64,000 nt of DNA from Candidatus Magasanikiibacteriota bacterium (GTDB lineage: Bacteria > Patescibacteriota > Patescibacteriia > Magasanikbacterales > UBA922): positions 23,901 through 87,900 of the forward strand of contig WJJZ01000010.1 in the NCBI GenBank assembly GCA_014729395.1, written 5' to 3'. Of this stretch, positions 18,607 through 29,004 are shown piece by piece. How positions within the stretch are numbered: position 1 is the first letter of the stretch; every line of letters begins with the position of its first letter. The position numbers and the translations under genes are program-made. Below the pieces are notes generated by a model that was not told the DNA's origin, ran no database searches, and saw only the letters and a list, made by a program, of their open reading frames with translations.

Positions 18607-19458
18607 TCAAGATCCCTTTACATCTCGCCCGGCACACATTACTGTGTTCAAAAGCAATCTTGCTACAGTAATCGGACCGATTCCGCCCGGGGTTGGAGTT
18701 ACATAGTCGGCCTTTTTTTTCACCTCTTCAAAATCAACATCACCGCGAATTTTATTTTCATCAAAGTGGATACCGGTATCGATTACTATCGTACCATCAC
18801 TCACCATGTCGGCCGACAAAATATCTTTCTTTCCAACTGCTGTTGCTATTACATCAGCTCGCAAGCATTTTTCTTTTATATTTTTTGTAAATTCATTGCA
18901 GGTGGTTACACTCGCCCCGGCATTTATCATCATAATGGCCAAAGGTTTACCAACCAAGGCTCCTGTCCCGATGATTATCACCTCTTTCCCTTTGACATTA
19001 AAATTTATTTCTTCAAGAACATTCATAACAGCGGCCGGTGTGGGTGGAGTAATATAGTTGGTGTGCTTAACCAGTTTACCCAAATTAGCATCGGTCAAAC
19101 AGTCAACATCAAGCTCCGGTTTTATGGCGTTTAAGACTCTGGGTGTGTATAGGTGATCCGGTAATGGAATTTGTACAATTAGTCCGCTTAAAGTTTTATC
19201 AGACTGAATTTTTTCTATTTCTTTTACAATATCTTCCATAGAAATATCAGCGTCAAAATGAAATAGTTCAAACTCAATCCCAACACTGCCGGCAGCTTGT
19301 TCTTTTTTCTTTACATATTTTTTTGAAGGCTTGTCATCACCAATCAAAACAACCGCCAGCTTGGTATTAATCCCCTGCTTTTTCAGCTCTTTTACTTTTG
19401 TCGCTGTTTTCTGATTGATTTTTTTTGCAATCGCCTTGCCGTCAATAATATTATTCAT
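18607..19458 (-). CDS. folD: Bifunctional methylenetetrahydrofolate dehydrogenase/cyclohydrolase
   Basis: IIDGKAIA, YVKKK, VQIPLP, DVDCL, GDVDF, TPTPGGIGPITVA. Confidence 0.95.
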   Translation of the reverse strand: MNNIIDGKAIAKKINQKTATKVKELKKQGINTKLAVVLIGDDKPSKKYVKKKEQAAGSVGIEFELFHFDADISMEDIVKEIEKIQSDKTLSGLIVQIPLPDHLYTPRVLNAIKPELDVDCLTDANLGKLVKHTNYITPPTPAAVMNVLEEINFNVKGKEVIIIGTGALVGKPLAIMMINAGASVTTCNEFTKNIKEKCLRADVIATAVGKKDILSADMVSDGTIVIDTGIHFDENKIRGDVDFEEVKKKADYVTPTPGGIGPITVARLLLNTVMCAGRDVKGS

Positions 19459-19517
19459 ATTTTATTACAATATAGAGGTCTCTATACTAGCACAAGAATA
19501 TAATTATTTCAAGTAAA

Positions 19518-19539
19518 AAACCGCTCTGTAGAGCGGTTT
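19518..19539. terminator. Hairpin terminator
   Basis: AAACCGCTC-TGTA-GAGCGGTTT flanked by A/T runs. Confidence 0.65.
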
Positions 19540-19546
19540 ATTTTAT

Positions 19547-20229
19547 CTAGCAACCCAATTCCGACAGACAATTTTGTCTTCCTTCCTCGCTTTGTTCAAA
19601 ATCGCATATCGAGCACATATCCTCTGAATTACTAAAATCCATATTCTCTAAAGTATTGGTAAAATTTTCAATCTGATCCAGAAAATCCGCAAACTCAACA
19701 TCTTTTGGCGGAATCAATAGTGAACTGTCTTTTTTCCATTTTTTACAACTAAAATCAAATTTTTCCTCCAAATCAACTTTTCCACCTTGGGCCAAATCTG
19801 AATTTTCTTTATATTTCTCTCCCATATCCTCCATTTCTTTTATGTTCATTTTTAAACCACTCTCCTGCTCGGTTGACCAAGTATAAATCCATTCGCCATC
19901 GCTTATCATATGGAACTTCATATCCTGCATACCTTCTCCGGTCATTGTGATTTCGCTATCCACTCTAAATCTTTCTCCATCTATATACATTGTTTGTTTA
20001 TACTCCCCTTCTGTTTCTTCATCCAATAAATTCATCTCACATTTTAAAGTTTTACCCATGCTCATCATTTCTTTTAATGATGTTTGATCATAATCTTTAT
20101 ATTCTTCTTCTTGTTCCACCTGAGGCTGATTAGCGTTATTTGATGAAGTCTCATCATTTTTATCACAGGCTCCGCCGACACTGATTCCCAAAACGAATAT
20201 TATTGATATTAATAGTGTAATTTTTTCAT
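19547..20229 (-). CDS. Putative lipoprotein; start codon out of frame by one base in an A6 run
   Basis: ATG at 20229 followed by A6. With A7 it reads MKKITLLISIIFVLGISVGGAC (signal peptide plus lipobox Cys) into the 19547-20191 ORF. Confidence 0.6.
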
Positions 20230-20509
20230 ATATATTTAATTAATAATACAAAGATGAATATATTTAAATTTATTTGCGAAATTTATTATATCATATACAA
20301 ATAAACAGCGCACGCTAAGCTATAGTTATAAAAAAATAATAAAAGCTGTTTTTTTGTTGAAGTTTTATACTGGAATAATAACACCTGTTCTGGACAAAGG
20401 CAAGAATGGTAAGTTAAAATCTATTTTTTAAAGTGTCTAGGCAAAAACCGACTCTTCAGTCGGTTATGTACTCCGCTCCCTATGTAGGACGATTTTCGAA
20501 CTGTTTTGG

Positions 20510-21088
20510 CTAATTTAGATATTCATTAATTTGTTTAAGTGCTTCATCATGTTCCTTTTTATGTCCCCCTATTCCAGTTGTTATTTCCAATATTTCTTTT
20601 GCTCTTTGAACATATTCTTTCCAATCCTCTTCTTCATTAAGATACTTGCACTCACCAATAGCAAACCAAGTAAACGGAAACTTGGGATAATCTACAATTG
20701 CAATCTTGTACTTATTCATTGATTCTTTTGTACATCTATATTTTATCAAATCATTTTGTTTAAAATAAGTACCTTCTAGTAGTTTGTACAACGAGTCATT
20801 TGTGCCAAATCCCGTATTGTCCAAATCTTGGGTAAAGCCATTAAAACCAAGCTTTGATATATAAAAATATTCTTTAACATCATCTATTTCTTTATCCTTT
20901 TTTGTTAAATCATCTTTTAATCTTTCGATCTCTGTATGAGTGCTGGCGATATTAATCACAGCGATTGTGGCGGACAAAATTATAATTATTGCAAATAATA
21001 TTTTAACCATTTTTTTATTTGCAAATTTTGTCAATCCCACCAAAGACACCGACGTTGCAAATATAACTACTAAAAATTCCAAAAACAT
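20510..21088 (-). CDS. Hypothetical membrane protein with TPR-like C-terminus
   Basis: Two N-terminal TMs, coiled coil, helical C-terminus; lies just 3' of the tRNA. Confidence 0.6.
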   Translation of the reverse strand: MFLEFLVVIFATSVSLVGLTKFANKKMVKILFAIIIILSATIAVINIASTHTEIERLKDDLTKKDKEIDDVKEYFYISKLGFNGFTQDLDNTGFGTNDSLYKLLEGTYFKQNDLIKYRCTKESMNKYKIAIVDYPKFPFTWFAIGECKYLNEEEDWKEYVQRAKEILEITTGIGGHKKEHDEALKQINEYLN

Positions 21089-21148
21089 ATTTTAATATAA
21101 AACAATCGAGCGCAACCTCGTTTGTTTTTAACCCAAACGGGTCACTAG

Positions 21149-21219
21149 CTCGGGAGCAGGGATTTGAACCCCGATAGCCAGGACCAGAACCTGGAGTCCT
21201 ACCATTAGACGACTCCCGA
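21149..21219 (-). tRNA. tRNA-Gln (CTG)
   Basis: TCGGGAG/CTCCCGA acceptor stem, D-loop AATGGT, anticodon loop TTCTGGT, T-loop TTCAAAT; CCA not encoded. Confidence 0.93.
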
Positions 21220-21240
21220 ATTTTTTTACAATAACGCTAT

Positions 21241-22842
21241 TCAGACTACTTCTCCGCCAAAAGCGGCAGCCAATTTATGAATTTCATCATTATTGTCATT
21301 TGATTTTAACGAATCTTCCGGACTATCCATTTCAACTTCAAAACAAATTTCGCAATCAAGCAGTTTGCCCAATTTAGTCCTAACACTTTCACAAAAACTA
21401 CCACTATCCAGTTTATCTTTGTAAATCGCAAAAGCGGTACTTAGTTTAATATTATTATCCGTTACCGCCTTTGGTGTACAATTTTTCAAAACTATGGCCA
21501 ATGATGGCGACTCTGATTCGGTTTGTATTATTAATTCTTTCCATTTTTTAACCACTTTGTCAAGGTCAAGGTTTGTTTTTGTAGATTTTTTATTACTTGT
21601 GAGCTCTTTATCTTCGATAGTATTCTTGACTGAATTATTTGGATTATCGTTATTTGTACTCAGCTCTTCTTTTTCAGAATTAGCATCTTTACTGTCTTTT
21701 TTATTGTTTTCATCGGTATTATCATCTTTTTTGTCCAAATTCTCTTCCGGCTGATTTTCTGCCGCTCTATCCAACAATAATAATTCCAAAGGCAGTTGCG
21801 GCAATGGAGAGCTGCTGATATTGTTTTTTCTTGCTATTGCCATATCAATTATTTTCACCAATTCACTATCATCAATCATCGTTGATAATTCTTTTATTTT
21901 TTTTAATACAGTCTTGCTCAAATCCAGTCCAATACTTTGCATTTTTATATTATGTTTGGCAATAACCATAACTCGCAGCAATTCAATTAAATCATGAAAA
22001 AACTGTTTAATGTTGACACCTTCTTGGACTTGTCTGTTAATCAACTCCAACCCGTCGCCAATTCTCTTATTTATTAATATTTCCAAAAAATCATATACAT
22101 CTTCCACATTGGAAATCGGCAAAACAAGTGCTGCTATGTCGGTTGATATATTCTTTTCACCTGTTGCCATAATTTGATCCAGCAAACTGACCGCATCTCT
22201 CACACAACCATCGCTTTTATTTATTATTCTCTCAACCACATCTTTATCGATTTTTACTCCTTCTTTTTTACTGATATTTTTTAAGTGTGCAGCTAACTCA
22301 TCATATGGAACTTTATGAAAATTAAATCGCTGACACCGAGAAATTATTGTTTCCGGAATCTTGTGCAATTCGGTTGTCGCCAAAACAAATATCACATGCT
22401 CGGGTGGTTCTTCCAGTGTCTTCAAAAGCGCATTAAACGCACTGGTCGAAAGCATGTGAACTTCGTCTATTATAAAAACCTTATATTTTGATTTTGTAGG
22501 TTTAAACTGTGCATTATCTATAATATTTTCCCGAACATTATCTACTCCCGTATGACTGGCCGCATCTATTTCTATTATATCGATCGCTCTTGAATTTTTG
22601 ATATCAACGCAGGAATCACAATCATTACAAGGTTCGGACTCGTTTTCCTTTCTTTTTTCGCAATTTACCGCCATAGCCAAAATACGAGCAATTGTAGTTT
22701 TACCAATACCCCTGGCTCCGGAAAAAAGATAAGCATGGCTGATAGTGTTAGCCATAACCTGGTTGGATATTGTTTTGGTAACATGAGATTGTCCTACGAC
22801 TTCAGTGAATTTTTGTGGTCGATGAGTGTGATATAGGGCCAT
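21241..22842 (-). CDS. dnaX: DNA polymerase III subunit gamma/tau
   Basis: ALY..HRPQKF, GARGIGKT, EIDAASH, IDEVHML, TIISRCQ. Confidence 0.96.
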   Translation of the reverse strand: MALYHTHRPQKFTEVVGQSHVTKTISNQVMANTISHAYLFSGARGIGKTTIARILAMAVNCEKRKENESEPCNDCDSCVDIKNSRAIDIIEIDAASHTGVDNVRENIIDNAQFKPTKSKYKVFIIDEVHMLSTSAFNALLKTLEEPPEHVIFVLATTELHKIPETIISRCQRFNFHKVPYDELAAHLKNISKKEGVKIDKDVVERIINKSDGCVRDAVSLLDQIMATGEKNISTDIAALVLPISNVEDVYDFLEILINKRIGDGLELINRQVQEGVNIKQFFHDLIELLRVMVIAKHNIKMQSIGLDLSKTVLKKIKELSTMIDDSELVKIIDMAIARKNNISSSPLPQLPLELLLLDRAAENQPEENLDKKDDNTDENNKKDSKDANSEKEELSTNNDNPNNSVKNTIEDKELTSNKKSTKTNLDLDKVVKKWKELIIQTESESPSLAIVLKNCTPKAVTDNNIKLSTAFAIYKDKLDSGSFCESVRTKLGKLLDCEICFEVEMDSPEDSLKSNDNNDEIHKLAAAFGGEVV

Positions 22843-23016
22843 AAAATGGCTTAATTAAGCGTAAAAAAAATTTATAAATTCAATATTGAATTACAGTCAA
22901 AGCAATCGCTATTATATAACAAATTATCCAGTTGGTAAATGGCTATATTTTTTTATTGCCTTTAGGTATATGTTGTGTTATACTGTGGATAAGTTTATTT
23001 TTAATATAAAAAACTT

Positions 23017-23274
23017 ATGCCAAGGAAAGCTAATCCAGCTCTAATGAAGCCAATGAAGTTGAGTGAAGAATTAGAAGCTGTAGTTGGTAAAGGTCCGATG
23101 CCACGCTCCCAAGTGGTCAAGAAAATGTGGGAATATATTAAGAAGCATGATTTACAAAATCCTGAAAACAAAAGAAATATCATGGCTGACGATAAATTAA
23201 GACCAATATTCAATGGCAAAGATGAGGTTAGCATGTTTGAAATGACAAAATTGGTATCCGGTCATTTGAGCTAA
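23017..23274 (+). CDS. Standalone SWIB/MDM2 domain protein
   Basis: LSEELEAVVG..PMPRSQVVKKMWEYIKKHDLQNPENKRNIMADDKL. Confidence 0.9.
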   Translation: MPRKANPALMKPMKLSEELEAVVGKGPMPRSQVVKKMWEYIKKHDLQNPENKRNIMADDKLRPIFNGKDEVSMFEMTKLVSGHLS

Positions 23275-23289
23275 ATAAAATAATAAATT

Positions 23290-23314
23290 ACCCCGCTCTT
23301 ATGCGGGGTTTTTT
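23290..23314. terminator. Terminator between convergent genes
   Basis: ACCCCGC-TCTTAT-GCGGGGT followed by a T-run. Confidence 0.65.
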
Positions 23315-24261
23315 ATTTTTCTCAATATTATCTCCAAATCTTTCCGACTCCTTACTTTCACCAACTCGGATCTGATTTTTTTTATATTCCTGATTCCGGG
23401 CATTCTGTTAGCTTTGAAATACCATAAAAGATGCTTCCTAAAACTGATAAGACTACCCTCTCCATAGTGTTTTTCGTGAAGCTCGCCATGTCGCAAAATT
23501 ACATTTATCTTTTGGTCCGAACTGATTTGTCGCTCCCCCTCTAAAAAAATCCAGGGATTACCCAAAGCTCCACGCCCGATCATTATCCCGTCCACCCCAC
23601 TCTGCCGAATGCATTCTTCCATATCGAAATTATTTTTAATATCCCCGTTAGCAATTACCGGTATGGACAAAATATTTTTGACTTTGCCGATTTGCTTCCA
23701 ATCCGATTGACCTTGAAAACCTTGTTTTCTTGTTCTTCCGTGGATACATATCAAATCTGCCCCCGCCTCTTGGAGCTTTGGTGCAAATTTTAAAATTTCC
23801 GCTTTGTCAGACCAGCCCAACCTGGTTTTTACACTTATTTCAACACCCAAATCCGCCCGTTTAAGAGATTTTATGATTGATACCGCCCTGTTATGGTCTT
23901 TTAGCAATGCCGCCCCCGCCAGACCTTTCTTTGCAATCTTAGGTACGGGACAACCCATGTTAATATCAATTCCATCAGGGGAAAACCTATCCATGATAAT
24001 TTTTGCGGATTCAGTTATTACTTTTGGCTCTGATCCGAACACTTGTTGAATAATTGGTCTTTCTTTATTACTAATTTTACACATCTTCAGTGTTTTTTCA
24101 TTTTCTCTAACAATTGCTTCACTGCTTACCATTTCACGATATATTATAAAATCATTTCCAGCAACTTCTCTACACACTGTACAAAAAGGAGCATCCGTCA
24201 TATCAGCCATGGGAGCAAGTATTTTTAAATATTTATTTTTTGTATTTTTTTCAAACCACAT
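23299..24261 (-). CDS. dusB: tRNA-dihydrouridine synthase (DusB-like)
   Basis: LAPMA, DINMGCPVPK, VKTRLGW, IHGRTR, VIANGDI, MIGRGALGNPW. Confidence 0.9.
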   Translation of the reverse strand: MWFEKNTKNKYLKILAPMADMTDAPFCTVCREVAGNDFIIYREMVSSEAIVRENEKTLKMCKISNKERPIIQQVFGSEPKVITESAKIIMDRFSPDGIDINMGCPVPKIAKKGLAGAALLKDHNRAVSIIKSLKRADLGVEISVKTRLGWSDKAEILKFAPKLQEAGADLICIHGRTRKQGFQGQSDWKQIGKVKNILSIPVIANGDIKNNFDMEECIRQSGVDGIMIGRGALGNPWIFLEGERQISSDQKINVILRHGELHEKHYGEGSLISFRKHLLWYFKANRMPGIRNIKKIRSELVKVRSRKDLEIILRKIKNPA

Positions 24262-24318
24262 ACAATAATATGCTATAATTAAAACAATATATCATTATTC
24301 CTTAATATTCAAGTATCT

Positions 24319-25488
24319 ATGGAATTTACTGGAAACACTTTGTTAATTTTATTAATTATATTGTCAATCGGACTTATCGTTCCGGAACTGGTAAAAAGAA
24401 TCCGCCTACCCTATGTATCCGTAATCATTTTGGCCGGCGCATTGCTGGGACCAAACGGTTTAAATTACATTGAATTTAATGAAACAATATATTTTCTCGG
24501 CTTTTTGGGAATGACATTTCTTATGTTAATGGCCGGTTTGGAAAGTGATTTGGATAATATTACAAAATCAAAGTATAAAATATTTATAATGGCTTTTTTG
24601 AACGGTTTTATACCTTTTATATCAGGCATAGTAATTGCCACTTTATTCGGTTATGATATCGCTACCAGCCTACTCATCGGAGTTGTTTTTATTTCGTCCT
24701 CGGTAGCTGTCATTGTACCCCTTTTGGAAGGTAAAGGCGGCATTAAAAAAAGCTCAGCCAATCTCATGCTTTCGGCTGTCATGGTAACCGATATTATCTC
24801 TCTTATCGCGCTAGGTTTTATCTTTCAAAATACAGATAAAATAACGCTATTACCCCTACCCTTTTATTATATTATTCTTTTTATATCTTTACCCGTACTA
24901 TTTTATATTGTACCAAAATTTACCAATTTTGAATTAAGAAAAAGATTCCACAAACAAGACAAATTAGAAAGTAGAATAAGATTTATTATAGTAATTTTAA
25001 TAGGTGTACTGGTTTATTTTAGCGTACTAGGAATGCACCCAATATTAGCTGCGTTTTTGGCGGGATTATCTCTTTCCGGAGTTATTAAAAAAGATAAATC
25101 AGGTTTAATCTTTGCCAAGATACATACTATTGGCTACGGTTTGTTCGTACCGGTATTCTTTTTTATCGTTGGTATGGACATTGACTTATCAATATTTACA
25201 GAATTAAATTATTCATTATTGCTTATTTTTGCAATAATTGCCGGATCTATTCTAAGTAAGTTTTTTAGCGGTTTTATCGCCGGAAAATTGGCAAAACTCA
25301 ACAACAAAGAATCCACCCTATTCGGATCAATAACCACCACTCAGCTCACAACCACTCTTGCGGTAACCTATACCGCTTCTTCACTCGGTCTCATAGACTC
25401 AAATTTAAATACCGCAATCGTATTGCTCGCGGTTATAACAACATTTATGGGACCAACTATGTTTTTGTGGTTTTCAAAAAATAAATAA
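24319..25488 (+). CDS. Cation:proton antiporter (CPA2)
   Basis: About 12 TMs, LMLMAGLE, SSSVAV, AFLAGL, FVPVFFF.VGM. Confidence 0.85.
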   Translation: MEFTGNTLLILLIILSIGLIVPELVKRIRLPYVSVIILAGALLGPNGLNYIEFNETIYFLGFLGMTFLMLMAGLESDLDNITKSKYKIFIMAFLNGFIPFISGIVIATLFGYDIATSLLIGVVFISSSVAVIVPLLEGKGGIKKSSANLMLSAVMVTDIISLIALGFIFQNTDKITLLPLPFYYIILFISLPVLFYIVPKFTNFELRKRFHKQDKLESRIRFIIVILIGVLVYFSVLGMHPILAAFLAGLSLSGVIKKDKSGLIFAKIHTIGYGLFVPVFFFIVGMDIDLSIFTELNYSLLLIFAIIAGSILSKFFSGFIAGKLAKLNNKESTLFGSITTTQLTTTLAVTYTASSLGLIDSNLNTAIVLLAVITTFMGPTMFLWFSKNK

Positions 25489-25542
25489 ACTTATCCACAA
25501 TTAAAAAATAATTTATTTAAGTCCAGCAAAAAATTTTTATAT

Positions 25543-25571
25543 TTGCATAAAAGAATTCTACATGTCATAAT
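25543..25571 (+). promoter_or_regulatory. Sigma70-type promoter upstream of riboswitch
   Basis: TTGCAT-N17-CATAAT with extended -10 TG. Confidence 0.55.
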
Positions 25572-25589
25572 ATAAACATTAAAACTACG

Positions 25590-25758
25590 ACTTACCTGTG
25601 GAAGTTGGGTTAAATTCCCACACTGTGCCGCAACGGTAATCCGTCTTCGTCACGCTTTGAAGTGACTATACCGGACAAGATCTCATCTCACTGGGACTTG
25701 ACCGGGCAGCCCTATACAAAGTTTAGGGTGAAGTCGGGAGTCCGGTCTTCAGATAAGT
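25590..25758 (+). promoter_or_regulatory. Cobalamin (B12) riboswitch
   Basis: GGAAGTTGGGTTAAATTCCCACACTGTGCCGCAACGGTAA matches the B12 core (GGAA..GGT.AA.TCC....C.G..CC..C.GT.A). Also CACTGGG...CCGGG and AGTCCGG. Closing stem ACTTACCTG/CAGATAAGT. Terminator-like hairpin with T-run at about 25780-25828. DUF4430 genes downstream. Confidence 0.85.
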
Positions 25759-25850
25759 TAATTGATCCTCTGGATCAATCCCGAGCAGGATATATATACA
25801 CACAACTTGCCTTCCGGGAAGTTTTTTAGTTGCTTATTTAAGAAAAAAAC

Positions 25851-26519
25851 ATGATCAAAAAATTTATTCAAAATAATAAATTTACATTGTTCATTTGGTT
25901 TAGCATGTTAATTTTAATGTTTGTAACAGGATATTATACTTATGAGGATAAAATTAACTTTTACAAAGCTCTTTCAAAAATAAATATAGAAGCTAAAAGT
26001 ATACAAAACTCTATACAAAATATAGAAATAGACAAAAATTCAGAAAATGCTCTTTTAGAAAATAATTTAGATGAAAGTAGCTCTTATCTTAAGCCATCCT
26101 CAACGAAAGTATACACTACTGTAGACAATTTTAAGATATCACAGGATGGTTCTGTTGCTACAAGTAATCCAAAAACAAACAATAATACAGAAAATAAGAC
26201 AAATCTTACATCCACTGAAAATTTGTCTATCACTCTCAAGGTCAATAATAAACAATATTTGGCTAAACTAAACAACAGCAGTACTGTATACGATCTAATG
26301 GAACACTTGCAAGAAGAAAGTGATTTTAAATTTAGTGGAGTTGAGTATGATTATTTAGGCTTTTTCGTTGAGTCTATAGCGAATATAAAAAATGATCCTT
26401 ACACCGGAAAATATTGGATATACTATGTAAACAATAAAAAAGCGACCATGGGCATATCCAATAGGCTATTAAAAAATAATGACGTAATCGAATGGAAATA
26501 TGAACAAGAGGAACTATAA
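25851..26519 (+). CDS. DUF4430 (transcobalamin C-terminal-like) domain protein with N-terminal TM
   Basis: STVYDLM...FFVESIANI.N...KYWIYYVNNKKA.MGIS...LKNNDVIEWKYE. Confidence 0.85.
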   Translation: MIKKFIQNNKFTLFIWFSMLILMFVTGYYTYEDKINFYKALSKINIEAKSIQNSIQNIEIDKNSENALLENNLDESSSYLKPSSTKVYTTVDNFKISQDGSVATSNPKTNNNTENKTNLTSTENLSITLKVNNKQYLAKLNNSSTVYDLMEHLQEESDFKFSGVEYDYLGFFVESIANIKNDPYTGKYWIYYVNNKKATMGISNRLLKNNDVIEWKYEQEEL

Positions 26520-28986
26520 AAGTCCTGTCCTCGTTGCCCTTTTTACAATTATAATAATACTTTTTTCTGCAGAATCCGCATTTGCCAGTACCAATACCAC
26601 TTCAACAGATTCAAATTTGGAAACAAGTTCAAGTACCACTATTACCGATAACTCAATTGAGCTTGAAAGTTCATCAACCACCGAACAATTAAGTATAAAC
26701 ACATTGATGAATTCAAGTACTTCAACTGTTGACAGCACTAGCTCGAGTACCACAAATTCCTTTATAAGTTTGGGATCAAAATCTGATGAGATCATATCAT
26801 CAGAGGCCAGTGTCGAAGAAGCCACTGATTTATACACAAAACATATAAGTTTCAATCTGCGCTTAGGTGATGAATATGTGATAACTGAGGAGATTAATCT
26901 AAGTACGACCACCTACTCAGACCAAATCAATAATATTGAATACGACTTGGCTACTACCGGTACGGTTTTTTCCGCTCTTGTGCAAGCTGATAATTTATCT
27001 GAAAAATTCAGTATTAGTAATGCACAGTATAACGCAGAATTTGATAGTTTTTATATTGCCTGCCTGGAAATTGATGAAAATGGAGAAAACACTGAATACT
27101 GCGATAATTGGAATTATGTGGTTGACGATGAATACCCTTCAATCGGAATGGATAAATATGAACTGAATGGCGAAGAAAATGTTTATGTATATTTTTCTAC
27201 ACCATGGAAAATTACGACAAAGCATAATGAAGTCGAGGTTAATAGCACAACCACTGTTAAAACATGGCGCTATGCCTATAATGATCCCAATACCGAATGG
27301 GAAGCAGATCCTAATACGATGATTGACATTTCTCAGCCAAACGCAAGTTCTACCGGTTGGTGGGATGAGAATTTAACAGTATCTACCACTTATTCAAACG
27401 AAGATGGGTTTGCAGAACTGATTTTTTCAGAGCCGGGTATTTACAATATTAAAATCACTTCTTCCGACTGGACTAAATGGAGTCAGCCGGTACAAATAAA
27501 TGTTATTAATCAAACCAACCAAACTGTAACTTCCACCCTACAAACCGATTCCGCTACGGTTTCTACACAATCGACAAATTCTTATTCATCTACTTCCGAT
27601 AATGAATTGATTTCCAACACTGATATCGAAGAAGCAGCTAATCGAATATTATCATTTTTGGAATCAGAACAAGACCAATCGGGAAAAATCAAAGATGGCG
27701 GTACAAGTGACTGGAGTACGATTTCTTTCGGAGCAGCCGATATTGACTCGGATACCATAAAAAAAGAAGGTAAGTCATTGATTGATTATGTAAAAGACCG
27801 CGAATTGACCGAAACTAACGAGATTAATCTTTGTGCTGCTTATCCCAGACATATATTGGCTTTGTTGGCCGGCGGAATCGAGTCTGATGATCAACAAATA
27901 AAAAATTTAAGAGAAAAAATTGAAAATGACTGCTACGAATTGGAGAATGATAATAATTATGGGGAAATCGGAATCAATGACGATGTTTTTGCTCTTATTG
28001 CTTTAATTGCAAGTGGTTCTGACACCAAAGACAATCAAATATTAACTGATATATTAAACGAAATTAGCGATGACCAGACAGAAGATGGTGCATTTACTTG
28101 GGTAGGATTTCCTAGCGCTGATATTACCGGAGCTGTAATAAACACTCTTATCTACTCCAAAGAAAATGATATTGAAATTGATGAAAATTTGATTGATAAT
28201 GCACGCCAATACTTAAAAGAAACCCAGCTGGATGATGGCGGTTGGGGTATGGATGATAGTGATGTTCTCACAACATCATGGGTAATGATGGGAATAAACG
28301 CCCTTGGTGAAGATCAGCTTGATTGGCAGACCGATAGCGGAAAAAACCCTTGGTATGTACTGGTACAAAATTTGAATGATGAAGGATATTATGAATCCGA
28401 ATACTATACGGATGAAGTGGATTGGTTTGCAACCAAACATGCTGTTCCGGCTCTTTTGGGTAAAAGTTGGCCGATAGTATTTGAATCCGATAATGAGGAA
28501 AACCCAAACTCAAATACTACCCCATCTGAGACAAAGCCTGAAAACACCTCCGACGAAATAACCGACAACACTAGCACATCCACCACAGACAACATAACGA
28601 CCGATGATTCTGTTACCACTGAAAAAGATGAGCATACGAAATCCCCCACTTCCACACCGGCAGACGATGTAATTACAGATCCCAAAGAATATACTCCTCA
28701 AAACAACTTAAACATCAAAGGTTCAGGTGATTATAATTATGAACCTGCTATCGAAAAAAGTGATGACGCAAGTGATGAAAATGAAGTATTTGAAACGGTT
28801 GAACCGGATAAAATCGGACCCGAAGCAATAGATAAACCAACCACAACCAATAGTGATTTGGACCTGGATATAATAGGATTAATAAGAGAAAATCTACGAA
28901 AAATATTCTTTCTCATTACCGCCCTAACCGGAATTATGACAGTTCATGTAATCGGTAAATACATTCAACATAGAAAAAATAAATAA
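26500..28986 (+). CDS. Surface protein with DUF4430-like domain and prenyltransferase/squalene-cyclase-like alpha/alpha barrel
   Basis: Signal peptide ...AESAFA; S/T linker; TVFSAL..FYI..WNYVV..PSIGMDKYEL; QxxDGxW-like repeats (QDQSG, QTEDGAF, QLDDGGWG); C-terminal TM plus basic tail. Confidence 0.75.
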   Translation: MNKRNYKSPVLVALFTIIIILFSAESAFASTNTTSTDSNLETSSSTTITDNSIELESSSTTEQLSINTLMNSSTSTVDSTSSSTTNSFISLGSKSDEIISSEASVEEATDLYTKHISFNLRLGDEYVITEEINLSTTTYSDQINNIEYDLATTGTVFSALVQADNLSEKFSISNAQYNAEFDSFYIACLEIDENGENTEYCDNWNYVVDDEYPSIGMDKYELNGEENVYVYFSTPWKITTKHNEVEVNSTTTVKTWRYAYNDPNTEWEADPNTMIDISQPNASSTGWWDENLTVSTTYSNEDGFAELIFSEPGIYNIKITSSDWTKWSQPVQINVINQTNQTVTSTLQTDSATVSTQSTNSYSSTSDNELISNTDIEEAANRILSFLESEQDQSGKIKDGGTSDWSTISFGAADIDSDTIKKEGKSLIDYVKDRELTETNEINLCAAYPRHILALLAGGIESDDQQIKNLREKIENDCYELENDNNYGEIGINDDVFALIALIASGSDTKDNQILTDILNEISDDQTEDGAFTWVGFPSADITGAVINTLIYSKENDIEIDENLIDNARQYLKETQLDDGGWGMDDSDVLTTSWVMMGINALGEDQLDWQTDSGKNPWYVLVQNLNDEGYYESEYYTDEVDWFATKHAVPALLGKSWPIVFESDNEENPNSNTTPSETKPENTSDEITDNTSTSTTDNITTDDSVTTEKDEHTKSPTSTPADDVITDPKEYTPQNNLNIKGSGDYNYEPAIEKSDDASDENEVFETVEPDKIGPEAIDKPTTTNSDLDLDIIGLIRENLRKIFFLITALTGIMTVHVIGKYIQHRKNK

Positions 28987-29004
28987 TGCTTGTCTTTAAT
29001 AAAT

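Noticed and set aside
2163-25499. Replication origin suggested by DnaA boxes at 2163, 22984 and 25491
   Set aside because: The boxes are single and far apart; no cluster and no dnaA/dnaN nearby
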